A DNA stretch of 64,000 bases from Bacteroidales bacterium (GTDB taxonomy: Bacteria; Bacteroidota; Bacteroidia; Bacteroidales; JAADGE01), in assembly GCA_021648725.1 (NCBI GenBank), contig JAKISF010000007.1:40170-104169 (forward strand), given 5' to 3'. A program made the position numbers and the translations under genes. The notes under the pieces are model-generated. The model ran no database searches. It was not told the DNA's origin and saw nothing but the letters and a program-made list of their open reading frames with translations. Shown here in pieces: positions 1 to 9,612 of this stretch (the first letter of the stretch is position 1; each line of letters begins with the position of its first letter).

Positions 1-1
1 T

Positions 2-949
2 TTGGTTAAGGGTTCTAATTTTTTGGATGCTCTTACACAGGTTAACACTGTTGTTTTTGATAAAACAGGTACACTGACCAAAGGAGAATTTAAAATTTCA
101 GAAATCATTACGGCAAACAATTTTGATAAAGAAACTGTTTTGAAATATGCGGCTTATGCCGAATACAATTCTAATCATCCCATAGCAAAATCAGTTCTTG
201 AAGCTTATGAACCCGAAATTGACAACACAAAAATAAGTGAAGTTGATGAAATTTCCGGGCACGGCATAAAAGCAATTGTTGACGGGAAGGAAATATTTGC
301 AGGCAATGACAAACTTCTTCATAAAGAGAACATTAAGCATGACAAATGCAATGTGGCCGGAACGGTTGTGCATATTGTAATCGATAAAAAATATGCCGGT
401 TATATTATTATTTCAGACACTTTAAAAGAAGATGCCGAAGAAGCAATTAACAAACTTCATAAAAAAGGAATAAAAACGGTAATGCTTACCGGCGATAATA
501 AATATGCCGCAAAAGTATATGCCGAAAAATTAGGCATAAAAGAATATTATTACGAACTGCTTCCGGAAGGAAAAGTTGAACATATAGAGAAATTACTTAA
601 TAAAAACGGGAAAGTTGCTTTTGTCGGTGACGGAATAAACGATGCTCCGGTATTGGCACGTGCCGATATAGGAATTGCAATGGGAGCACTCGGTTCAGAT
701 GCCGCAATTGAAACTGCCGATGTTGTTTTAATGACCGACTCGCCTTCAAAAGTAGCCGAAGCAACAGAAGTCGCAAAGAAAACAAGACGAATTGTTTGGC
801 AAAACATCATTTTTGCTCTCGGAGTGAAAGGTGTATTTATCGTTTTGGGTATTTTTGGTATTGCTTCAATGTGGGAAGCCGTTTTCGGAGATATGGGCGT
901 TGCCTTAATTGCAATTTTTAATGCAATGAGAATTATGAAAGGAAAGTAG
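2..949 (+). CDS. Heavy-metal (P1B-type) cation-translocating P-type ATPase, C-terminal ~315 aa; the 5' end lies outside the window
   Basis: ORF is open from the window edge. It has the phosphorylation motif DKTGTLT, the HP motif (SNHPIAKS), the hinge motif VGDGINDAP and C-terminal TM helices. Confidence 0.9.
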   Translation: MVKGSNFLDALTQVNTVVFDKTGTLTKGEFKISEIITANNFDKETVLKYAAYAEYNSNHPIAKSVLEAYEPEIDNTKISEVDEISGHGIKAIVDGKEIFAGNDKLLHKENIKHDKCNVAGTVVHIVIDKKYAGYIIISDTLKEDAEEAINKLHKKGIKTVMLTGDNKYAAKVYAEKLGIKEYYYELLPEGKVEHIEKLLNKNGKVAFVGDGINDAPVLARADIGIAMGALGSDAAIETADVVLMTDSPSKVAEATEVAKKTRRIVWQNIIFALGVKGVFIVLGIFGIASMWEAVFGDMGVALIAIFNAMRIMKGK

Positions 950-1025
950 ATATTGTACAAAGTTTCTTCTTTTAGCCATCAGATGAGTCCGGTAACAAAA
1001 ATATTCATCCGGTGTTTTTTAAGCG

Positions 1026-1964
1026 TCAATATTCAATAAAATGATATTTGTTGTTTGAAAAACTTACTTTTATTGCTTTGTGATTTTTTTTAAAAAGCGT
1101 ATAAGCTGTTTCTATTTCTTCCCAAAAATTAACAATATCTTCAGGTTTCATGTCAGAATAAACTTCTTTTGACTTTTCTTCTTTTAGTTTATCGGTAAAT
1201 CTGAACGGAAAAATATGTATTTTCGGATAACCGTATTTATTTGTATCATGAAATTTCGAAGACAGAAATATAGGTAAGAAATTCTTACTTTCAAAAGAAA
1301 TACAACCGGCAGTTACACAATTTCCGTGAACACATATTGCACTTCCGGGATTATAATTCCCTGAAAACTTCCGTGTTCTGTTTCTGTCAATCGGTAAAGG
1401 ATATTCCAAACATAGTTTAAAGCTTGAGCCGTATTGCACGGTTCCGTAATCATCAAGTTCAGAATTATTTAATTTTATCCACATAAAACCATTAGAGCTT
1501 CCGTAAAGTATTTTGCAAGTATAAAAACCTTCGGGTGTTTTTCCGTCTCCTTGTTTTAATTTTGTTCCGGGCTCATTATCAACAGCACAAATAGGTAAAG
1601 TTGCCAACAAACTCAAAGTGTCCGACCTTTTATCGGAAACCCAAATTTCAAACTCTTCTTCAAGTTTAAATGTTCTGAATAAAACATATTTAGGAGGATA
1701 TCTTACACCGATATCTTCACACCTTTTTTTATACGAACGCCCTATTAACTCTTTCAGTCGTTTTTCAATAAAAGCTGCCGATCGCTCATTTGTGCCGGTT
1801 TTTATGTCAGGAACTGAGTCAATTTCAAAAGATGTAAACTTTACAATCTCGGGAGCATCTTTTTTAACATAAATTGAATCTGCTTTTTTAACTGAATTAT
1901 TTTGAGAATCAGTTGAGCAAGACAATAATATTATAAACAGGAAAAATAAACTAAATGTTTTCAT
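1026..1964 (-). CDS. L,D-transpeptidase-like (YkuD_2-type) lipoprotein
   Basis: ATG start with lipoprotein signal (ILLSCS). A His...Cys motif (CVHGNCVTAGCISF) resembles the L,D-transpeptidase catalytic site. Confidence 0.55.
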   Translation of the reverse strand: MKTFSLFFLFIILLSCSTDSQNNSVKKADSIYVKKDAPEIVKFTSFEIDSVPDIKTGTNERSAAFIEKRLKELIGRSYKKRCEDIGVRYPPKYVLFRTFKLEEEFEIWVSDKRSDTLSLLATLPICAVDNEPGTKLKQGDGKTPEGFYTCKILYGSSNGFMWIKLNNSELDDYGTVQYGSSFKLCLEYPLPIDRNRTRKFSGNYNPGSAICVHGNCVTAGCISFESKNFLPIFLSSKFHDTNKYGYPKIHIFPFRFTDKLKEEKSKEVYSDMKPEDIVNFWEEIETAYTLFKKNHKAIKVSFSNNKYHFIEY

Positions 1965-2023
1965 AAAAAAAGGTTTATAAACATAACGAATATAAACCTT
2001 TTTTAATATTTAAACTATTTTTT

Positions 2024-3175
2024 TTAGAAGCCGTATATTTCGGTCAACTTTTGTCCCAAACTCGGGCCTCTTAAATCAACAGCAATGATAACACCTTCGG
2101 GGTCTAATAAAAAGTTGGAAGGGATGCTTCTTACTCCGTATTTTGCAGCGGGTACAGATTGCCAATATTGTAAATCGCTTACATGTGTCCAATCTCCCAA
2201 GCCGTCTTTCTCAATTGCTTTTACCCAATCTTCTTTTTTTTGATCAAGAGAAACTTGGTAAATTGTAAAGCCTTTGCTTTTATATTTGTTATAGTTTTTC
2301 AAAACAGTAGGATTTTCTGCTCTGCAGGGTCTGCACCAAGCTGCCCAAAAATCAAGTAAAACATAATTTCCTCTTAAAGAGGTTAGTGTTATTGTTTTTC
2401 CTTCCGGTGTAGGTTGAGATATTTCGGGTGCAGTAGTCCCTACTTTCGGTTTTCCTTTAACCGGGGGGTTGTTTTCTAACAACATTACCAAACCGTTTAC
2501 AAAGTCAGATTCAGGGTATAATGCCGAAAGGCTTTCGCTTACTTTTACAAAATAATCACGGTCATTTTCTAAAGTGAAAATTTGTTGTCTCGGACCTATT
2601 GATTGATATAATGCCATTATTACCGCAGGCGATTCTATATTTTTATCAATAAAATCTTTTGCATAAGTTTTGTGTTCTTCCAGCAATTTAGTATATTGTT
2701 CACCAATAGACTTTTGCAAAGAATCAATATTTGCATTCCCTTTATTTTCGATATATAATTTATTTAATGAATCTATTTTTTCGAATGTAACATCCAAATG
2801 GTCGTACATTTCCTTCAACAAAACAGAGTGTTCAGATCCTGAAACAGAATACTTTGATCGATAGGTATTTGCATCTGAATTAATTTCAATAATATCTAAA
2901 GAATCTGCGATAAATAATATGTATGAAGGCTCATCTTGTAATTGCAAACTGAATAACTCAGGAGACGAAGTAGAATTTTGAAAGCTAAATTCACCTTTTT
3001 CGTTTAAAAGTACGGTATCCAACTTAATAGTAGCCTCAGATGTAAATTTATTTAATATTAACTTTTTTCCGGTTGCATTTTTTATTATACCGGAAACTTT
3101 AAAGCCTTCGGAAACGGTTCCTTTACAGGAGAATAAAACTACTGCAGGTAAAAGTAATAAGATAATCTTTTTCAT
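2024..3175 (-). CDS. TlpA/ResA-like thiol:disulfide oxidoreductase lipoprotein
   Basis: ORF trimmed to ATG 3175 (MKKIILLLLPAVVLFSC). C-terminal thioredoxin fold with active site WCRPC (AhpC/TSA-TlpA family). Confidence 0.8.
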   Translation of the reverse strand: MKKIILLLLPAVVLFSCKGTVSEGFKVSGIIKNATGKKLILNKFTSEATIKLDTVLLNEKGEFSFQNSTSSPELFSLQLQDEPSYILFIADSLDIIEINSDANTYRSKYSVSGSEHSVLLKEMYDHLDVTFEKIDSLNKLYIENKGNANIDSLQKSIGEQYTKLLEEHKTYAKDFIDKNIESPAVIMALYQSIGPRQQIFTLENDRDYFVKVSESLSALYPESDFVNGLVMLLENNPPVKGKPKVGTTAPEISQPTPEGKTITLTSLRGNYVLLDFWAAWCRPCRAENPTVLKNYNKYKSKGFTIYQVSLDQKKEDWVKAIEKDGLGDWTHVSDLQYWQSVPAAKYGVRSIPSNFLLDPEGVIIAVDLRGPSLGQKLTEIYGF

Positions 3176-3250
3176 GTTTCTTTTATTTATATTTATATTT
3201 TTTGCAAAATTAGAAATAAATACGAATGAAAAAAACATATCTAAATTTAT

Positions 3251-4726
3251 TCATATTTTTGATTTTTCAATTTGCTTTTCCGGTTCAATACGCCTTATTT
3301 TAAAGTTTAAATATGCAATTAAAACCGTCATCAGCGGACTTATTAAATTAAAAAACGCATACGGGATGTAATCAACCGTTGCTACTCCGAGAACTTTTGC
3401 TTGTGTTGCTCCGCCGGTATTCCAGGGTATTAAAACCGATGTTACTGTTCCTGCATCTTCCAATGTTCTGCTCAGAACTTCCGGCTTTAAGCCCTTTTCT
3501 TTAAAAGCTTTATTATACATTCTTCCGGGAACAACAATTGAAATATATTGGTCAGATGCTGTTGCATTAAAAAAGATACACGTGGCTGCTGTTGAGGCAA
3601 TTAACGAACCGGAAGATTTAACCCTTTTCATTACGGACATTGTAATTTTCTTTAACATTCCGCTTGATTCCATAACCCCTCCGAATACCATTGCCGAAAG
3701 AATTAACCAAATGGTATTAAGCATTCCTGCCATTCCGCTTGTGCCGAATAAATCGTTGATATTTTCATTTACTGTATTAATTTCAATATCGCCGTACATA
3801 GCCTGCATTACACTTATATAAGATGCTTCGGCATAATTATCCGTAACCCCCGAAATTTGCATTACTATGTCGCTTTGAAAAATAACACCGAACAGACCTC
3901 CTGCAAGTGTTCCGAGCAACATAGAAGGTATCGGTTTAACTTTTTTAATAATAATAAAAATTAAAAATGCAGGAACAATAAACAGCCAAGGTGTTACATT
4001 AAAAGTTGAAGCAATCGCTTTTTGAACTTCTTCAATTTCTTGTGCGTTTGCACTATAGTCATTTGAAAATCCTATAATAAAAAATATAATTAAAGTTATA
4101 CCCATTGACGGAACTGTAGTTATCATCATATACCTGATGTGAGTATATAAGTCTGTTCCTGCCATTGCGGGTGCTAAATTTGTAGTATCGGAAAGCGGAG
4201 ACATTTTATCTCCGAAATAAGCTCCTGAAATTATTGCCCCTGCCGTAACGGCATCATTTATTCCCATTGCATGTCCTATACCGAGCAATGCGACCCCGAT
4301 TGTAGCAATTGTTGACCAAGAACTTCCTGTTGCCAGCGAAACCAAACTGCTGATTACAACTGTTGCAAATAAAAAAATGGACGGGTGTAAAATATCTAAC
4401 CCGTAATAAATAAACGCCGGTATTACGCCGCTGAGCAGCCAAGTGCCTGATAATGCCCCTATTAAAAGCAGAATAAGAATTGCCGGCATTGCTTTTCCTA
4501 TTGTTTTAACGATGTTTTTTCTTATTTTTTCCCAATCTGCACCGAGTCGAAATGAAATAATTGTTCCTACTGCTGCCGCAAGCAGTAATGCAATTTGGTT
4601 TGAACCGTCAAGTGTTGCATCTTTCCAAATAATTACATTTAAAGAAAGAAGGATAATTAAAAATATTATAGGAATAAAAGATTGAAAAAGGGACGGTGTT
4701 TTTTGAGAACTTTCAGCTTTATACAT
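3251..4726 (-). CDS. nhaC: Na+/H+ antiporter, NhaC family
   Basis: Polytopic membrane protein of about 490 aa with overall NhaC-family sequence character. Start moved to ATG 4726. Confidence 0.8.
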   Translation of the reverse strand: MYKAESSQKTPSLFQSFIPIIFLIILLSLNVIIWKDATLDGSNQIALLLAAAVGTIISFRLGADWEKIRKNIVKTIGKAMPAILILLLIGALSGTWLLSGVIPAFIYYGLDILHPSIFLFATVVISSLVSLATGSSWSTIATIGVALLGIGHAMGINDAVTAGAIISGAYFGDKMSPLSDTTNLAPAMAGTDLYTHIRYMMITTVPSMGITLIIFFIIGFSNDYSANAQEIEEVQKAIASTFNVTPWLFIVPAFLIFIIIKKVKPIPSMLLGTLAGGLFGVIFQSDIVMQISGVTDNYAEASYISVMQAMYGDIEINTVNENINDLFGTSGMAGMLNTIWLILSAMVFGGVMESSGMLKKITMSVMKRVKSSGSLIASTAATCIFFNATASDQYISIVVPGRMYNKAFKEKGLKPEVLSRTLEDAGTVTSVLIPWNTGGATQAKVLGVATVDYIPYAFFNLISPLMTVLIAYLNFKIRRIEPEKQIEKSKI

Positions 4727-4805
4727 ATCTTTTTTGTTAAGTTGCACAAAGTTAAAAAAAGGAAGCAAAAATGCTTCCTTTTATAATAATATCTGACAAG
4801 CAATA

Positions 4806-5465
4806 TCAATTAATCATATCAAACACGGCTTTTGTAACGTTCAATGCCCCGTCTGCAATATCAACTATTGTTGCATCAAGCATATAACAAGGTGTTGTTG
4901 CAACTTTAAAATCTTCATCAACGGTTACTTCTCCGTGATTTGTATTTACGTGTTTCCCGCCCATAGTATCAATTGCTTCGGCAGTTCCTTTATCTTGTCC
5001 GATGGTTACACGAACACCTTCCAGCACTCTTGCCACAACAGTCGGAGAAATACATAACGCACCTATAGGCTTACTTTCTTTTACGGCTTCTGTAATAACA
5101 CGTTCAACATCTGTTAAAACCGTACAATCAGAACCGTGAAATGCAAAACTTGACAGATTTTTAGCTGCTCCGAATCCTCCCGGAAACATAATACCGTCAT
5201 AATCTTTCATTTTTAATTCCGAAAGCGGCTTTATATTTCCTCTGGCAATTCTTGCTGCTTCAACAAGAACATTTCTTTTCTCATTCATTTCTTCACCTGT
5301 TATGTGATTAATAACATGGTGCTGATTTATATCCGGTGCAAATATTTGATATTCTCCTCCAAGTTTAACAACTGCATACATTGTCATTGTTGATTCATGA
5401 ATTTCAGCCCCGTCATAAACTCCGTTTCCGGATAAAATTATTGCTATTTTTGGTAATTTGCTCAT
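4806..5465 (-). CDS. elbB: ElbB-type DJ-1/PfpI family protein (isoprenoid biosynthesis / glyoxalase-like)
   Basis: Collinear resemblance to E. coli ElbB along the full length: ILSGNGVYDGAEIHE, PGGFGAAKNLS, GALCISP. Confidence 0.85.
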   Translation of the reverse strand: MSKLPKIAIILSGNGVYDGAEIHESTMTMYAVVKLGGEYQIFAPDINQHHVINHITGEEMNEKRNVLVEAARIARGNIKPLSELKMKDYDGIMFPGGFGAAKNLSSFAFHGSDCTVLTDVERVITEAVKESKPIGALCISPTVVARVLEGVRVTIGQDKGTAEAIDTMGGKHVNTNHGEVTVDEDFKVATTPCYMLDATIVDIADGALNVTKAVFDMIN

Positions 5466-5536
5466 TGTTTTGTAATTTTAATAACTAATAAAATGTATTA
5501 AACAATATTACAAAAAAAATTCTTAATTAAAAAAAT

Positions 5537-6046
5537 ATGAGGTATCCAATTTTAACCGTATTGCTTTTTATTATATTATCATCTTGCAGCATAAAAAAAA
5601 ATAAAATAATATATAATGAAAGGACTAAAAAAGATATTCTTATAGGAGAATGCAATAAAGAAGGGCTTAACCAAAACCCTTTCAGTGAGTGGTTTACTAT
5701 GGGGTATAGTGAATATGAACCTGAAACTTCAGTAATTAATAAATTAAAAACGATTGATGATTTAAATAAGATAAAAATACTAATTGTGATGGGAACTTGG
5801 TGCGGAGACAGCCGAAGAGAGCTTCCTCGTTTTTACAAAATAATTGATATGATTAACTTCCCTTATTCCGACATATCAATTATTGCTGTTGATACAAACA
5901 GAAGTTCGGGAGATAAAAAATTGCAAAATATTGAATTCGGCAGAATTCCGACTTTTATTTTTTATAAAGAAGACAAAGAAGTAGGAAGAATTGTTGAAAG
6001 CACCGAAGATAGTTTAGAAAAAGATATACTGAAGATTATTGAATAA
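5537..6046 (+). CDS. Thioredoxin-fold lipoprotein with a CxxS variant site
   Basis: Lipoprotein signal (ILSSCS). Thioredoxin-like core in which WCGDS replaces the usual WCxxC. Confidence 0.6.
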   Translation: MRYPILTVLLFIILSSCSIKKNKIIYNERTKKDILIGECNKEGLNQNPFSEWFTMGYSEYEPETSVINKLKTIDDLNKIKILIVMGTWCGDSRRELPRFYKIIDMINFPYSDISIIAVDTNRSSGDKKLQNIEFGRIPTFIFYKEDKEVGRIVESTEDSLEKDILKIIE

Positions 6047-6048
6047 AA

Positions 6049-6071
6049 AAAGAGTCGCAATGCGACTCTTT
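6049..6071. terminator. Bidirectional hairpin between convergent genes
   Basis: AAAGAGTCG-n5-CGACTCTTT, flanked by an A-run and a T-run. Confidence 0.65.
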
Positions 6072-6501
6072 AATCTGAAAATACTGTTTTCTCACTTTTA
6101 TTAAATCGGAATAATACTTCCTTAATAATAGTGTCTAATTCATCAAGTGAGAACGGTTTTACAATAAGGCCGTCAAAGCCTTCTTCCTTGTACGTTTGAT
6201 TAAAGTCAGAAGAAAAGTCTTTATTGCTCATTGCTATCACGGGTATTGTATTTTCAGGATAATTAAAATTTCTTCGTATATGTTCAATAGTTTCAAAACC
6301 GTCAAATTGCGGAAGTTCTAAGTCCAATAAAATTAAATCAAATTTTTCGCTTTTTAAAGCCATTATTACTTCGTATCCGGTATCAACAGTTTTATAATTG
6401 TACCCGAGTATGCTCAAAATTTCTTCCATAATTTTCCTGCCCGCCGGAAACCCTTCTGCAAGCAAAATGATACTTTTGGGTGTAATGTTTTTCGTGTTCA
6501 C
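6070..6501 (-). CDS. Stand-alone response-regulator receiver domain protein
   Basis: CheY-like: acceptor Asp in LILLDLELP, conserved AMS and KPF motifs, and no output domain. GTG start. Confidence 0.75.
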   Translation of the reverse strand: MNTKNITPKSIILLAEGFPAGRKIMEEILSILGYNYKTVDTGYEVIMALKSEKFDLILLDLELPQFDGFETIEHIRRNFNYPENTIPVIAMSNKDFSSDFNQTYKEEGFDGLIVKPFSLDELDTIIKEVLFRFNKSEKTVFSD

Positions 6502-6855
6502 TTATCAATTTATTTGTTTATTCATATCGCATATTTTATGCCGGCAATGAACTTGTCTATTTTGTGTTACTATACATTGTGTTATGTTAAAATGACATCG
6601 GTTAAAAGATAATTTACAATTACATTTCATTAAATATCATATAATATTTTGATAATAAGCCGACTATTTTATTGTTTAAAAAAAAACAAAAAACTATAAA
6701 AAAAATCATACTCAAAATAAAATAAAATTAATTTTGCCAAATTAATAATTGATTACTAAATTTACATATTATTTGTTTAAAACATTATTTTTTGTTTTAT
6801 CACAATAAAAAGGGTATATTTACGGCATACAATTTAAATTGAAATTCATAATCAG

Positions 6856-7734
6856 ATGAAACTTAGTATAATCAAAACATCCATTTTATTTTTTTCAATA
6901 TTATTTTTGAGTACATTTGTTTTCGGACAAAGTCCAAAAATGATTTTAGTTGAAGGCGGAACATTTACGATGGGATCCAATTCCGGTGTTCCGGAAGAAA
7001 AACCTGCTCATAAAGTTACGGTATCGTCTTTTTATATATGTGACCATGAGGTAACCGTGGGAGAATATAAAAAATTTACAGGAGCTGCCGGGCATACAAT
7101 GCCGGAACCTCCGGATAAAGAATGGTTAGATTCACACACACCCACAAAAATGCTTTATGCTTCTACCGGAAAAACATGGTGGGGTTGGGGGACAAGTTTA
7201 CCGATGCATCATGTAACTTGGTTTGATGCCATAAAATATTGTAATTGGTTGAGTGCACAAAACGGATTGGAAAAGTGTTATACCCAAAACGGAGACGGAG
7301 GTTGGGATTTTAATCGTGCGAAAAACGGCTATAGGTTGCCAACTGAAGCTGAGTGGGAATTTGCAGCAAGAGGAGGCAATAAAAGTCAAAAATTCAAATA
7401 TAGCGGAAGCAATGACATTAATGCTGTTTGTTGGTATGATGAAACTTCAAAATTAGCAGGACCAAAAAATGTTAAAACAAAGAAAGCGAACGAACTCGGC
7501 ATTTATGATATGAGCGGAAATGTTTGGGAATGGTGTAGTGATTATTATAAATCATCTTTCTATGCTTCATCTCCGGCAACAGATCCCTTTTGCAGTACAT
7601 CAACCCCATATCGTGTGTTAAGAGGAGGCTCGTGGCATTACAGAGCTGAACTTGCAAAAGTAACAAGCAGAGACGGACCTAAAGCTGCAAAAACAAACTA
7701 TAATTACGGTTTCAGGGTAGCAAAAAACAAATAA
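6856..7734 (+). CDS. Formylglycine-generating enzyme (SUMF1/FGE) family protein, secreted
   Basis: Signal peptide. FGE-sulfatase motifs RLPTEAEWEFAARGG, GNVWEWCSD and RGGSW. Confidence 0.8.
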   Translation: MKLSIIKTSILFFSILFLSTFVFGQSPKMILVEGGTFTMGSNSGVPEEKPAHKVTVSSFYICDHEVTVGEYKKFTGAAGHTMPEPPDKEWLDSHTPTKMLYASTGKTWWGWGTSLPMHHVTWFDAIKYCNWLSAQNGLEKCYTQNGDGGWDFNRAKNGYRLPTEAEWEFAARGGNKSQKFKYSGSNDINAVCWYDETSKLAGPKNVKTKKANELGIYDMSGNVWEWCSDYYKSSFYASSPATDPFCSTSTPYRVLRGGSWHYRAELAKVTSRDGPKAAKTNYNYGFRVAKNK

Positions 7735-7821
7735 AATATTTATTTATAGGGGCGGTTCAAATTAAGAGTCGCCTTTTTAATCTTCTCAAAAATATTTTAG
7801 ATTAATATATTGTATCGTAAA

Positions 7822-8331
7822 ATGTTATTTATAAAGTGTAAAAAAACAATACTCCTTATTATACTGACAGTTTCTTTTAGTATATATTCATGTAATAAAG
7901 ACAAAAAAGAAGCAGAGCTTGCACTAATGTTTTCCTATATTGATGAGAATAATATAATTGTTGACACTTTGCCGAGCGGTCTTTTATTTTCCGAAACAGG
8001 TTTCTCTACTCCGGAAACATTAGAGTCTGATTATCCTAAACAAGGAGATACTGTTGTTACTGTTTATAAGGCATTTGTATTAACAACGGGGAACATTACA
8101 ACATTATTCGATGAAACAACAACCTCTGAACCGGGATATTATGTTTATAAAGAAGACCCTGTTATTGAAGGTTGGGAAGAAGCAATAGGACTTATGAAAA
8201 AAGATATTTCTGCAACTGTTGTCATTCCTTCAAAACTTGCTTACGGAAAAGACCAGGTAGGAATTATTCCTCCTTATTCACCCTTAGTTTTTGAAGTACG
8301 TGTTAAAAATATTATAAGTTCTTCAAAATAA
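7822..8331 (+). CDS. FKBP-type peptidyl-prolyl cis-trans isomerase lipoprotein
   Basis: C-terminal FKBP domain (GWEEAIGLMKKD, KLAYG, PLVFEVRV). Start moved from TTG 7810 to ATG 7822, which gives the signal ...FSIYSC. Confidence 0.75.
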   Translation: MLFIKCKKTILLIILTVSFSIYSCNKDKKEAELALMFSYIDENNIIVDTLPSGLLFSETGFSTPETLESDYPKQGDTVVTVYKAFVLTTGNITTLFDETTTSEPGYYVYKEDPVIEGWEEAIGLMKKDISATVVIPSKLAYGKDQVGIIPPYSPLVFEVRVKNIISSSK

Positions 8332-8361
8332 ATATACTCTAAAAAGCTTAATACTATTGTT

Positions 8362-8901
8362 TTGAGAAATAGAACTTACCCAAAAAAGATTGTACTTACA
8401 GGTCCGGAATCAACCGGAAAAACAACGTTATCCGAACAACTTTCAAAAGAATATAATACAATTAATGTTCCTGAGTTTGCCAGAGAATATATTGAAGATA
8501 TAAAATATAAATATACTTTTGAAGATGTTGTATATATTGCAGAAAAACAAATTAAACAACTTATCGAACAAAATTATCCCGGAGCAAAAGATTTTGTTTT
8601 TTTTGATACCGGATTAATTATTACAAAAATTTGGTTTCTCGAAGTTTTTAAAAAAGTTCCTGAATTTGTTGAGGAAGCAATAAGAACTATTAATGTTGAT
8701 TTGTATCTGTTGTGTTTTCCCGATATAAAATGGATACAAGATTGTGTAAGAGAAAACGGGGGCGAAAAAAGAATTTATTTATTTAACAAATACAAAAAGG
8801 AACTTGATTTATACAAGTTTAAGTATTTTATTATAACCGGAGACGTAAATTCAAGGTTTTTATCTGCAAAAAAATATTTATCTTCGGCATATTGTTTGTA
8901 G
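8362..8901 (+). CDS. AAA_28/NadR-kinase-like P-loop ATPase
   Basis: Walker A GPESTGKTT lies near the N-terminus. Size and pattern resemble the ribosylnicotinamide-kinase domain of NadR. TTG start; function is uncertain. Confidence 0.5.
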   Translation: MRNRTYPKKIVLTGPESTGKTTLSEQLSKEYNTINVPEFAREYIEDIKYKYTFEDVVYIAEKQIKQLIEQNYPGAKDFVFFDTGLIITKIWFLEVFKKVPEFVEEAIRTINVDLYLLCFPDIKWIQDCVRENGGEKRIYLFNKYKKELDLYKFKYFIITGDVNSRFLSAKKYLSSAYCL

Positions 8902-8949
8902 ATTAGATACTGAAACTTAAACGAAAAAATCAAACGTAAATTAAATTTA

Positions 8950-9546
8950 ATGATTATGAAAACAAATATTAAACTAATTCTTCTTACAGGACTCCTTGTG
9001 TTTTCGGGAATTCTTGTAAACACAAAAAGTTCTGCTCAGGTAGGCTATAGTGACGAGTTAGATAAAAACCGATTAGTTTATTGGTTTTATGTAGGTGTAA
9101 GAGAAGTTGAAAATGCCAATACCGGTTATGTAAGCTACGGGTTACAAAGGAAAGGTTCAAGAATACTGCACGGAACAATGAAAGAATATGACCGCGAATT
9201 ATGGAAATATCTCGGACAGGGAAGTAAAATGGCAATAGGTCCTTTTAATGATTTTGAGGAAGCAAGGAAAGCTTATATTTTTTATGAAATACAGGATGAG
9301 CCTCATAAATTAGATTCAACATTTGATGATAATCAAACTGTATTTTGGTTTATTTTGCACGTAAAGAAAAGAGCTCGATCCGGAGCATATCAATTAATAA
9401 GAAAGCCCGGTGCTATTGCTTCCGGAAGTTATAGTGATTTTGATGTGTTTTTAAAAGATAACTTAAAGATGCGAGTTATGACTGTCGGGCCCTTCTTGTA
9501 TATGCCTGAAGCGGAAGAAGCAAAAAGAACATACAGATTGCACTAA
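8950..9546 (+). CDS. Secreted protein with an internal duplication (SPOR-like halves?)
   Basis: Signal peptide. Two ~70-aa halves: VYWFYVGV...MAIGPFNDFEEARKAY and VFWFILHV...MTVGPFLYMPEAEEAKRTY. Confidence 0.5.
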   Translation: MIMKTNIKLILLTGLLVFSGILVNTKSSAQVGYSDELDKNRLVYWFYVGVREVENANTGYVSYGLQRKGSRILHGTMKEYDRELWKYLGQGSKMAIGPFNDFEEARKAYIFYEIQDEPHKLDSTFDDNQTVFWFILHVKKRARSGAYQLIRKPGAIASGSYSDFDVFLKDNLKMRVMTVGPFLYMPEAEEAKRTYRLH

Positions 9547-9579
9547 ATTAAATAAAAACTTACAAAATGAGATTTAAAT

Positions 9580-9608
9580 AAACCTGACACTTCTATTGTT
9601 TCAGGTTT
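9580..9608. terminator. Hairpin terminator between convergent genes
   Basis: AAACCTGA-n13-TCAGGTTT followed by ATTTTTATT. Confidence 0.6.
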
Positions 9609-9612
9609 ATTT

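Noticed and set aside
550-960. 136-aa ORF (and a 62-aa ORF) antisense to the P-type ATPase gene
   Set aside because: This is a shadow ORF inside a strongly supported gene. Its composition is low-complexity (Ser/Ile/Ala/Pro), it has no motif, and no promoter or start context supports it.
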